Source: Ktedonobacterales bacterium (GTDB taxonomy: Bacteria > Chloroflexota > Ktedonobacteria > Ktedonobacterales > JADMIN01). Taken from it: 64,000 nt of DNA. The stretch spans positions 339 through 64,338 of the forward strand of contig DASUWS010000016.1 of the NCBI GenBank assembly GCA_036378295.1, in the 5' to 3' direction. Of this stretch, positions 17,161-28,125 are shown piece after piece (within the stretch, counting starts at the first letter, position 1; every line of letters starts with the position of its first letter). The notes under the pieces are model-generated. The model was not told the DNA's origin. It did no database searches and worked only from the letters and a program-made list of their open reading frames with translations. A program made the position numbers and the translations under genes.

Positions 17161-18945
17161 TCAATCGGTCTGTAGCAGCGGATTCGCAAAGGCATTCGCA
17201 CTGCGCGTCTTGAAGATGGCGCTGTGCCCAGAGGTAAAGTACAGTTGGATCGCTGCCTGAACGCCTGGGCGGTTGCCAAAACGAGTCCACCCAAGCTCCT
17301 GACGCAGGCGATAGGCGAGAGACGGCAGCAGGCGGTCCACGGCAATCGCATCGGCTCGCAATTCCGGCGCGACACGGTATGGATAGCTTGCGGGCATATC
17401 CGTCGCGCATGTCACTGGCTCGATGCCATAGGTCGCGGGATTGTTCATCACTGGCGTCGAGGGAAAGAGCGTAAAACGGTTGAGCGTGTACGTGGCTCCA
17501 CATGTTGTGCGCAGGCAGCGGATCACGAAATCAACCGACGCTGTGACCTCGGACGGCGTGTCTCCGGGGAATCCCCCGATCAGGTTGATATGCAAAGCGA
17601 TACCTGCCGCTTTCGCCGCCTCAACGATACCCTGGATAGCTTCGCCATCGAGCCCTTCGGTATACTTGCCCATCCGGCGCAGCATGCGCAGCGAGGTGGT
17701 TTCGAGACCGAACAGCACATCGTAGCAGCCAGCCGCACGCATGAGCTCGAACAGTTCCGGCGTGAAGGCGCGTTCGAGCTTGCAGCGGCACGACCAAGTG
17801 AACGCCAGCCCGCGCTCGATTATGGCCTGGCAGAAGCGGCGCAGCAGCGCGGGCGAGAGCGCCTCATCCGCGAAGATGAACGTATGGTATCCCGCGTTCA
17901 CCAGCGCCTCCAGCCGGTCGAGCGCCCCAGGCACCTCACCTAGTGAGGGCGGCAGCGGATGATCGTACTTCAGGTTGTGGACGCAGAAAGTGCAACGGCT
18001 CCAATAGCAGCGATGCTGGCTGATGCGCGTCCAGAAGACTGGCTCGCTGGCGAATGTCTCGACCGGCGGCGGAGGGATATAGCGAGGCTCCCTCACGGCT
18101 ACCGGTTCCGACCCGGCCTCCGGAAACATATCGGAGCGGCGCAGAAAACCGCGGGGCGCCTGCCCACACGTCAGCGCGCGCGCCAGCACTGGAACGACCA
18201 CATCCCGGTCGTCCTGCGACTCAATGATGCCGTCGAAGATGCGGTCCAGTGTATGGGCCGTGCGCAGGCGCGGCAGATGATGAGACAGCGAGAAGTTCTC
18301 GTAGCCGTGATCGGCCAGGCAGGCGTACATCGCATGCGCTCCGGGCTGGTGCGCGCGGAGACGCTCGACGGCAATCATCGCGCACAGCAGATCTTCGGGG
18401 CACGTCACGCGCACCACCAGCAGATCAATCGCCTCGTGTGTCTCTGGCGTCCCCGTCGCCCTCTGAAGCGCAGCGGCGATCATCTCGGAGAGGATTGTCT
18501 TGCGCCGGGCGTACCTGGCAAGCGCGTGGCTATCGCCATAGTCCAGCCGAGTCACCCGCACGCCATCGTCGAGCGAGAAGTACAGCTCATCCTGAGATCG
18601 GTTCAAGAGAGCCAGGTATTCGGCCAGAGGCGAGACGGCCGCGATGTAGCGTGTGGCGCTGTCGTAGGTCGCAGTCTCGCGCAGCGCATCCAATGTCTGG
18701 CTCGCTCGTGCCGCCGCGCGCTCAAGCTCACCCGCGCGCACGTGCCAGGTTAGCCGCCGCATGGGCGTTGCGGTCATGATGCGGGCCATGTCTGGGCTAC
18801 AGATGGTCCGCCACCACCCAGCGTTCGCACTGAGGCGATCCAAGCAGCAGGTCTCACAGTCGGCGGCCAGCGTAGACCACCACCGCCCGGTATCGGGAAC
18901 CACGGTAGGAAAACGCCCCGGTGGCGTCAGCGCGACGACATGCAT
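17161..18945 (-). CDS. Radical SAM enzyme with a large N-terminal domain (class-B/B12-binding-domain-like architecture)
   Basis: CYWSRCTFC (CxxxCxxC) about 330 aa from the N-terminus. TIM-barrel blocks FIFADEAL, VLFGLETTS, INLIGGFPGDT. Strong SD GGGAGGAG 10 nt before ATG 18945. Confidence 0.85.
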   Translation of the reverse strand: MHVVALTPPGRFPTVVPDTGRWWSTLAADCETCCLDRLSANAGWWRTICSPDMARIMTATPMRRLTWHVRAGELERAAARASQTLDALRETATYDSATRYIAAVSPLAEYLALLNRSQDELYFSLDDGVRVTRLDYGDSHALARYARRKTILSEMIAAALQRATGTPETHEAIDLLVVRVTCPEDLLCAMIAVERLRAHQPGAHAMYACLADHGYENFSLSHHLPRLRTAHTLDRIFDGIIESQDDRDVVVPVLARALTCGQAPRGFLRRSDMFPEAGSEPVAVREPRYIPPPPVETFASEPVFWTRISQHRCYWSRCTFCVHNLKYDHPLPPSLGEVPGALDRLEALVNAGYHTFIFADEALSPALLRRFCQAIIERGLAFTWSCRCKLERAFTPELFELMRAAGCYDVLFGLETTSLRMLRRMGKYTEGLDGEAIQGIVEAAKAAGIALHINLIGGFPGDTPSEVTASVDFVIRCLRTTCGATYTLNRFTLFPSTPVMNNPATYGIEPVTCATDMPASYPYRVAPELRADAIAVDRLLPSLAYRLRQELGWTRFGNRPGVQAAIQLYFTSGHSAIFKTRSANAFANPLLQTD

Positions 18946-18974
18946 GGCGTCGTTACTCCTCCCGGCCTGCCTGG

Positions 18975-20663
18975 TTATCCTCTGACGCCAGCAATAGCGG
19001 GCGGTTCTGGAGGATACATGCCGGGAATATCTGGTGGAACATCACGCGGATAGTTTGGATCTGGCTGGTAGGGAACATTCGGCGGCCAGTTCGGTGGCGG
19101 GGTCTGAGGATTCCAGTTAGGATTGTTACCCGCATCCCTCCACGACCTATAGGCGTTGCATTCGTCGCTGTTATCGAAGTTATAGCCATCAGCATTGGGA
19201 GGAGTGACCCAATTTCTCACCTCCCTGTCGGCCCACCTCGCCGCCGCTGCCGCCGCTGCCGCCGCTGCCGCCGCTGCCGCCGCTGCCGCCGCCGTGAACG
19301 AATCCCAGCAATCCCTCAAGCCACTGCAGTTGTCGGCGTAGACTGGATGCGCCGCGAGGAGCCAGGCCGCTCCCGCTGCCACCAGCAGCAGGACAATTCT
19401 CCCCGCACTGGCGCCCCTTGATGGTGCGCGCTGCGCCAGAGGCTGCGGATGCGGGAGCGCTCCTCCCAGGAGCACGCCGAAGATCACCAGCCCCCCTGCG
19501 GTCGCCAGCACGATCGGCAAGAACTCTGAGCCCAGTGGCGCGCGGAATTGGTCATAGAGGTCCGGGTAGGCGGTGATCTGCTCGGCCACCAGATAGCTCA
19601 GAGCACACCCAACCAGAAAGCGCACCACAAAGGGGACGGCTTCCAGGGCGCTCCCCAGCGGCCGCACCTGGCGCACCAGATAGCCCAACACCTGCCCGCC
19701 AATCAGCGCCGTCAGCAGCAGCACGGCATCCACTGGAGAGGTGATGATGCCGCTGAGCGCCGCCACCAGTAAGAGCGTGGTCAGCACTAGGCGAATGAGT
19801 GCCACGACCCGGCGGGACTGGCCCTGCCCCTGCGCGCGTGGCGAGAGAAACGCCCCGAGTGAGCCGAACGCGCCGAACACGATATCCTCCGGTTTGTCGA
19901 GAACACCGCCCCAGGCTTGCAGCCCCATCGCCACCAGCGAGACCACAATAGCCGCACCGACCAGTATATTGCCTTGCGCCTGCATCACCTGCACCGCGTC
20001 AATGGTGGGGGCACCACCCACGCGGCCCCAAGTAAACATAGGACGGATGAAGATGGGCCCCGCCGCTGACCAGATGGAGACCAGAACTCCAGCCAGCGCC
20101 GCCGCACCGCCTGCCCCCAGCACCGTGCCCGTGATCTGCCTGCCCACGCGGTCGCGGATGCCACGCATCAACGCGCGACTGGCGAGCGGAATCTCCATGA
20201 TGAGCAGCCAGAGCAGCCAGTACTCGACGAAACGCCCGGCAATCGCGACCGGCGGAAGTTGAACGGAGAAGATCAGATCGAGTACTACGAAGGTGAGCGT
20301 ATACAGGACTCCTAGCGAGGGCGCGACGAATCCTACGGCCAGCCCCGCCAGCAGGAGCGCGAGCGAGTCGGTGTAGGCGGGAAATCCATTCTGGGTAAAG
20401 TAGTAGAAGGGATTGTTGATGTAGTCCATGCTTCCCTGCATCGAGCCTATAGCCTCTGTTCGAGCGAACGCCAGAATCAGGGCGAGCACCGCCACGATCC
20501 AGCCAAACAGCCGCCCGCCTGGTATGCGGCGCGCCACTGCGGCGTCAGCGGCGATGCTCTCCCAGAGTTGTGGGCGCAGGCGGGCCATGAGTTGAGCTGG
20601 AACCGTCCATGTGGGCAGCGTGCGATCAATGAGGCGCCCTGATGAGAACCAACCGGGTAGCAC
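18975..20663 (-). CDS. Polytopic membrane protein with Ala18 tract and Asn/Pro/Trp-rich C-terminal tail
   Basis: More than 10 hydrophobic segments. Start set at GTG 20663 (GAGGAG 8 nt upstream); the ORF extends to TTG 20681. No family recognised. Confidence 0.7.
   Translation of the reverse strand: MLPGWFSSGRLIDRTLPTWTVPAQLMARLRPQLWESIAADAAVARRIPGGRLFGWIVAVLALILAFARTEAIGSMQGSMDYINNPFYYFTQNGFPAYTDSLALLLAGLAVGFVAPSLGVLYTLTFVVLDLIFSVQLPPVAIAGRFVEYWLLWLLIMEIPLASRALMRGIRDRVGRQITGTVLGAGGAAALAGVLVSIWSAAGPIFIRPMFTWGRVGGAPTIDAVQVMQAQGNILVGAAIVVSLVAMGLQAWGGVLDKPEDIVFGAFGSLGAFLSPRAQGQGQSRRVVALIRLVLTTLLLVAALSGIITSPVDAVLLLTALIGGQVLGYLVRQVRPLGSALEAVPFVVRFLVGCALSYLVAEQITAYPDLYDQFRAPLGSEFLPIVLATAGGLVIFGVLLGGALPHPQPLAQRAPSRGASAGRIVLLLVAAGAAWLLAAHPVYADNCSGLRDCWDSFTAAAAAAAAAAAAAAAAAARWADREVRNWVTPPNADGYNFDNSDECNAYRSWRDAGNNPNWNPQTPPPNWPPNVPYQPDPNYPRDVPPDIPGMYPPEPPAIAGVRG
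19239..19292. repeat. 9-bp microsatellite (GCCGCCGCT x5 + GCCGCCGCC) encoding Ala18 on the minus strand
   Basis: Read directly; 54 nt, in frame within CDS 18975..20663. Confidence 0.95.
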
Positions 20664-20736
20664 TAGATGCGCTCCTCTCAACGTGAGATACGCTTACACG
20701 GCAAGCCGAGCCGTTGAGTTCAGGATAGGTCGGGGG

Positions 20737-21420
20737 TCAGGAGAAAAACGGACCAAGCCGCACGCCGAGCCGACGCAGCCCATAGCGGCATCCCAGGCCG
20801 AGAACGGCTCCGTATACCAGATGCGAGAGCGAGCCAATCGCCGCGAATTCGCGGAAGAAGCGGATATCTAGCCAGCCGGGATAGAGTGTCAGTTGGAACA
20901 TCTCCAGGAAGACGCCCCAGAGAACTCCCGCGATGATGCCCCGGCGGCCAAAGAGGAAGCAGAAGGCGACGGCAAAGGAGATGCCGTTTAGCACATGAAA
21001 GCCAATGCCTACAGCGAGGGTAAGCGCGTGTGGAGCGGAGTTGCCAATGAGAAGCACACCGAAAGTGTAGCTCAGTTCGAACGGGTTATAGGGTGACGGG
21101 TCGAGTTGCGATAGCACAAACTTCGCCGAGTCGTAACAGACCGTCGCCACAACGCCCGTCACCGCCCCAATCGCTGCCATCTGGAGGATATAGCGCCGAC
21201 GCTGTACTGGAAGACGAATGAATAGCACGGCGATTGCAGTGATCAGCGCACCGGCAGTCACCATCAGCCCAATCGCGAGGGAGAAGCCTGTCAGGATGTG
21301 AACGACCAACGCCACACCGCTAAACAACGCGCCCATCCCCAGGATATTGGGGAATAGCTTCCCCCACCGACCCCGAACGTTCTTCACGTTCTTCAATCCA
21401 TCATCCGCACTAGAAATCAT
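20737..21420 (-). CDS. Hypothetical 6-TM membrane protein
   Basis: Start at MISSADDG (GGGGA upstream); the ORF extends to 21540. Hydrophobic throughout; conserved-looking HVLNGISFAVAF. First gene of the minus-strand cluster. Confidence 0.6.
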   Translation of the reverse strand: MISSADDGLKNVKNVRGRWGKLFPNILGMGALFSGVALVVHILTGFSLAIGLMVTAGALITAIAVLFIRLPVQRRRYILQMAAIGAVTGVVATVCYDSAKFVLSQLDPSPYNPFELSYTFGVLLIGNSAPHALTLAVGIGFHVLNGISFAVAFCFLFGRRGIIAGVLWGVFLEMFQLTLYPGWLDIRFFREFAAIGSLSHLVYGAVLGLGCRYGLRRLGVRLGPFFS

Positions 21421-21649
21421 ACCGTTCCCCGTGGATCGCCAATGATACGAAAAGCCAACGTGGTGAACATGACGCGAGGCGGCACCAATGTATCGTCTCG
21501 TGACAGAGCACCAGCCGGGCGATTGTACAGGATAGCGCATAACCCGTCAACATGTCTCCTGCGCGTGCCTCGTTGTGCTGGGAGTGGGCCGCTGCGCCCA
21601 TGATCTCGCGACGAGCGCTCGCGCCCGGGGCTCGTTGCCTTCGGTCTTG

Positions 21650-21658
21650 TGGTAGACT
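21650..21658 (+). promoter_or_regulatory. Extended -10-like element TGGTAGACT upstream of htrA
   Basis: Lies 110 nt upstream of ATG 21769 in a divergent intergenic region. Confidence 0.3.
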
Positions 21659-21768
21659 GATGCATTGGTTCCGAAATATCAGCCAGGCGAAAAAGCTTAA
21701 ACCCCGTAGAAGACAGTGCGTATAGCGTATAGATAAACATCATCCCCCATGCATGAGGAGACACAATC

Positions 21769-22806
21769 ATGGGATGGTTTGGACACTCACGCGAAGAACA
21801 GACCGCTGCCGGAAAGTCGCCCGCCCAGGATATCGCCGCGCTGGACGCATATTCGAAGAGCATTATCTCTGTCGTGGATAATGTGGGACCGGCAGTTGTG
21901 CAGATTGGCGTTACGAAGGTCGTCGGGTATTCGCCCTTCGGTGGCGGGCAAGTGGCTCGGGGCGCCGGGTCGGGCGTCATCTTCGCGCCCGATGGCTACA
22001 TTCTCACCAACAGCCACGTCGTGGATGGCGCGCGCCAGGTGATTGTGACGCTGGCCGATGGGCACGACATCCGGGGCGATGTGATTGGCCAGGACCCCGA
22101 CAGCGATGTCGCCGTGGTGCGCATCTCCCCACCTAATGGCACTCAACTGCGCGCGGCCAAGCTCGGCGACTCCGATAATTTGCAGGTGGGGCAGCTTGTC
22201 GTCGCAATTGGCAGCCCGGTGGGCCTGCAAAGTACCGTCACAGCGGGCATCGTCAGCGCGCTGCATCGGACGTTGCCGGGCTATGGCGGCCAGATGATCG
22301 AGGATATCATCCAGACAGACGCGGCGGTGAATCCGGGCAACTCTGGCGGCCCACTCGTGGACTCATCGGGCGCGGTGATCGGCATCAATGTCGCCGTCGT
22401 ACAGCAGGCACAAGGCCTCTCATTCGCCATTCCGATCAATACCGTCAACTGGGTGGCGGCACGTCTGATGCGAGATGGAGAGGTGCGCCGTCCGGTGCTG
22501 GGCATCGTCGCGCAGTCCGGAACGCTACCACAGTCGCTCCGCCGCCAGTTCCAGCTTGAGAAAGAAATGGCTGTCCAGGTGGTTCAGGTGGCGAATGGCG
22601 GCCCGGCACAGAAAGCGGGTATCCAGCCTGGCGACATCGTCTACAAGCTGGATGATCGTCCCATCGGCTCGGTACTCGATCTGCGCCACTATCTGGAGCG
22701 ACTGAACGAAGGCACGCAGGTACGTGTCGGGCTGATCCGCATGACCCCAAGCGGCCCGCAGTCAAGCGAAGCCAAGGTCACCATCCGCGTCGCGGTAACG
22801 CGCTAG
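21769..22806 (+). CDS. HtrA/DegP-family serine protease with PDZ domain
   Basis: Catalytic blocks TNSHVV, DSDVAVV, GNSGGPL. C-terminal PDZ-like GIQPGDIVYKLDDRPI. GAGGAG SD. Confidence 0.9.
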   Translation: MGWFGHSREEQTAAGKSPAQDIAALDAYSKSIISVVDNVGPAVVQIGVTKVVGYSPFGGGQVARGAGSGVIFAPDGYILTNSHVVDGARQVIVTLADGHDIRGDVIGQDPDSDVAVVRISPPNGTQLRAAKLGDSDNLQVGQLVVAIGSPVGLQSTVTAGIVSALHRTLPGYGGQMIEDIIQTDAAVNPGNSGGPLVDSSGAVIGINVAVVQQAQGLSFAIPINTVNWVAARLMRDGEVRRPVLGIVAQSGTLPQSLRRQFQLEKEMAVQVVQVANGGPAQKAGIQPGDIVYKLDDRPIGSVLDLRHYLERLNEGTQVRVGLIRMTPSGPQSSEAKVTIRVAVTR

Positions 22807-23954
22807 GGTTCGACGGTGATGTCATAGGTGAAGTAGCGGCGTATCTGGCGGTAGGCTCCAGCAGGCGCGGGTGGGAGTTCTCCGCCCGTGTAGTGCGGCC
22901 ACGCGGTGATGCGCCATTGCTCCATGGGAATGTGCCGTGTCACCTGCCAGCGCGCTGTTTCTTCCAGAACCTGTCGCTCAGCCTCCGTGCCGCCGAACGA
23001 GACGAGCATGGGGAGCCGTGTCGCAAAGACGCTGAGCGATGGACCATCTGGTCCCTCGGCGTAGACTCCATAACGGACGCGCGGAAGTCCTGGCCAGCGG
23101 CGGCGCGGCTCGCGGCTCAGCACCAACAGTCGCAGCCCGCGCAATCCTAGCCAGGGCAACAGGGTGCCGTCGAAGCTGAGATGCCTCCGCCGGGGTCGCG
23201 TCGCGAGCAGTGCGCGAACTGGGGCGGCGAGCCGCTCCGCTTCATCGCTGCCCAGGCGCAATCCCGTGTCAAGCGGTATCCACTGCGCCCCATGCTTCTC
23301 GCTCCCCCGCAGCCGCATGAACCCGCACGGCGCCAGCGATTCGCTGGAGAGCACCCCATCGCGCTTGCGCAGCGCCACACTCGCGTCTGACATGCCCAGC
23401 CAGAGCGGGAGCGTTATCAGTCCGCCATCAACGAGCTGCTCGAACCATGCCGGCGTGATGTCGCTCGCGCCTACCGTCAGCTCGATACGATCATAGGGAG
23501 CATTCTCCGGCCAGCCGCCCGCGCCATCCGCCGCGATCACCTGTACCACGCCATAGCCGGCGGCGTTCAGGTGCGCGCGCGCCTCGGCGGCAATCTCCTC
23601 GCCGATGTCTATGGTGGTGACATGACCCTCCGGCCCGGCAAGCTCGGCCAGCAGCGCCGCGTTATAGCCCGTGCCCGCGCCAATCTCCAGCACGCGCATG
23701 CCCGGGTGAACGTCAAGCTGCCGCAACATGACCGCGACGATAGCCGGCTGCGAGGCGGAGCTAATGGGCGCTCCATTCTCTTCATGGGTTGGAACGGCTG
23801 TATCGCTATACGCCTGCTCGATGGGCACGGAGGGCAGAAAGAGGTGGCGCGGGACGGTGCGCAGCGCGCGCTCAACCTCGGCATCAGACAGCACGCCCTC
23901 GCGTTGCAGCTTCTCGACCAGCGCCTGGCGCAATGCTTCGGGAGTCGTGCTCAT
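22803..23954 (-). CDS. Long-form protein-L-isoaspartate O-methyltransferase (PCMT) homologue with a ~175-aa C-terminal extension
   Basis: PCMT N-terminus (VPRHLFLP, SQPAIVAVML, SAM motif VLEIGAGTGYNAALLA, YDRI). 383 aa against about 210 aa for canonical Pcm. Confidence 0.85.
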   Translation of the reverse strand: MSTTPEALRQALVEKLQREGVLSDAEVERALRTVPRHLFLPSVPIEQAYSDTAVPTHEENGAPISSASQPAIVAVMLRQLDVHPGMRVLEIGAGTGYNAALLAELAGPEGHVTTIDIGEEIAAEARAHLNAAGYGVVQVIAADGAGGWPENAPYDRIELTVGASDITPAWFEQLVDGGLITLPLWLGMSDASVALRKRDGVLSSESLAPCGFMRLRGSEKHGAQWIPLDTGLRLGSDEAERLAAPVRALLATRPRRRHLSFDGTLLPWLGLRGLRLLVLSREPRRRWPGLPRVRYGVYAEGPDGPSLSVFATRLPMLVSFGGTEAERQVLEETARWQVTRHIPMEQWRITAWPHYTGGELPPAPAGAYRQIRRYFTYDITVEP

Positions 23955-24052
23955 CGTTTCCGCCCCCTCCCAGCCCTGTGGGCCACCCAGTCTCTTGGCC
24001 TGCTGCCGCTCCGCGCCTGCAACGGCGCTTCTCGCCCGCGCTCGCGCGTCTG

Positions 24053-24125
24053 CCTCCCTGCGGGGAGGGCTTCCAGTGGCGTCTGCGTCTGGTTCCCTCC
24101 TCTCCGCGAGGGAGGGGTGGGGTAG
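24053..24125. repeat. Polypyrimidine/polypurine hairpin element (CCTCCC-TGCG-GGGAGG ... CCCTCC-N9-GGGAGGGGTGGGG)
   Basis: Read directly between the purL stop and the PCMT-like gene. Related copies at 55121-55178 and 60389-60425. Confidence 0.6.
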
Positions 24126-26492
<2,367 letters not shown>

Positions 26493-26802
26493 GTGCCGCG
26501 CGAGTCACCCTGATTATACCAGCCGCCTATGCCCGCCTGCTCATGGACAGGTGCCTGACGCATGCGCACACGGCGCGCCTTCTAGCCGCTCGCCGCCCAG
26601 GCTGCGACCCGGCTCCATCAGGCGCCCAGACGCCCAGATACCACGCCATGTCAATTTGTGACAGGACTGTGCGGCATCCAGGCGTAAATGTGACATGCCC
26701 TGGATGTTGTGGGGATAGGGTGCAGTGTGCACCAAGCTGACAGGCAAGAATCACCTGCTGGAACGCGGGCCTGATATGGATGCACACACGAGGAGGCAGC
26801 AT

Positions 26803-27867
26803 ATGTCCTGGCGTCGTTTTATAGCCACGTTCACCGTGCTGTTCACCGCGATAGTGACGCTCGCTGGCGTGATGAATGGTGCTCACGCATCTCCACAGAC
26901 CACATTTCCACCACCTAAAGAAGGGCCGAAGGTCATTCTGGCCGATACGAGTATCGATGGCCCCGCCATCGCGACGACATATCACCCTGAAACGGTCCTG
27001 GCCTGGACGGGAACCGATGTGGCCCATCGCCTCAACGTGATGACGAGCAGCGACGGGTTACAGTATGGCAACAAACACATTTTGTCCGAGACGTCGTTGT
27101 GGCGCCCGGCTGTCGCGTTCATCGACACTGGCCGCGGCGCACCCTATGGCACAATCGTCCTGGCCTGGACGGGCACTGACAGACACCACACCCTGAATAT
27201 CGCATTCATCAAGACACCAGAACTCACCGTCACCAGAAAGATCACCTTCTGGGGCGAGACGAGCTTCACCGCTCCGGCGCTGGCCACGATCAATGGCGAT
27301 ATCAACTCGGATGTCTACCTGTCGTGGGCCGGAACCGATTACGCGCACACGCCCAACGTGCTGCATATGGCGACCAACCCTGAGACGTTTGACAAGCATA
27401 TTCTCTGGGGATGGAGCAGCATCTCGCGACCAAGCCTCTCCACCGATCCGTCATCCTACAGCACCAGTGCGCTGATTCTCTCCTGGACGGGAACCAACAA
27501 CCGGATCTACTGTGCGACCACGACTGACAAGGTGCATTGGACGATGGCAGATGGCTCGCCACTGAGCCAGAAAAGCGCCTGGGCGCCGAGCATGATCGGC
27601 TTCTACGCGCCTGGCCTGCCGACGCACTGGCTCGCCTGGACGGGAAGCGGCACCACCAGTACTCGCGACCTGAACGTGCAGTACACGCAGAACTATCCCG
27701 CCTGGAGCGATGCCAACAGCACGGCGACATTAGATGAAACGGCCATCTCAAGCCCAGCACTGACCTACAATGGCGATAGCACCACTGGCGAGGTGCTCAT
27801 CGCGTGGACCGGAACCGACTACCATCATCACCTGAATGTCGCCGCCGTTACGATGGCGAGCCATTAA
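26803..27867 (+). CDS. Secreted protein with six ~55-aa repeats (consensus hhLAWTGTD..H.LNV), probable beta-propeller
   Basis: AGGAGG SD then ATG 26803. Signal peptide MSWRRFIATFTVLFTAIVTLAGVMNGAHA. Six WTGTD/WAGTD/WTGTN/WTGSG repeat cores. Confidence 0.75.
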   Translation: MSWRRFIATFTVLFTAIVTLAGVMNGAHASPQTTFPPPKEGPKVILADTSIDGPAIATTYHPETVLAWTGTDVAHRLNVMTSSDGLQYGNKHILSETSLWRPAVAFIDTGRGAPYGTIVLAWTGTDRHHTLNIAFIKTPELTVTRKITFWGETSFTAPALATINGDINSDVYLSWAGTDYAHTPNVLHMATNPETFDKHILWGWSSISRPSLSTDPSSYSTSALILSWTGTNNRIYCATTTDKVHWTMADGSPLSQKSAWAPSMIGFYAPGLPTHWLAWTGSGTTSTRDLNVQYTQNYPAWSDANSTATLDETAISSPALTYNGDSTTGEVLIAWTGTDYHHHLNVAAVTMASH

Positions 27868-27904
27868 GCTCCACGGCCAGTAGAGTGCAACAGAGTGAAA
27901 TAAC

Positions 27905-27950
27905 GGTGGCTGCCGCGGCACACATGGAAACCAACAACGCGGCAGCCACC
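27905..27950. terminator. 13-bp-stem hairpin between convergent genes
   Basis: GGTGGCTGCCGCG-N20-CGCGGCAGCCACC, 38 nt after the stop at 27867. No clear U-run. Confidence 0.45.
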
Positions 27951-28125
27951 AGAGATATGCAGCCACAGCCAACGGCGCCTACCCAGACGGCGCGCGGAGG
28001 TAGTGCCGTCCTCGAACGGATGGCGATGGCCCGGTGCTCATTGGGATGCTTGCCCGGTCTCCATTGTCTCAGGATGGTGTTTCGCGATTTCGCGCATACG
28101 AAGCTCCAGCCACCCCTCGATCCAA

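Noticed and set aside
18921-19421. Plus-strand ORF with a (RRC)n repeat.
   Set aside because: It is the antisense reading of the Ala18 microsatellite within the well-supported minus-strand membrane-protein gene.
22803-22806. 4-nt overlap of the convergent htrA and PCMT-like genes (shared palindromic CTAG giving TAG on both strands).
   Set aside because: This is a trivial consequence of the palindromic stop. There is no evidence of regulatory meaning.
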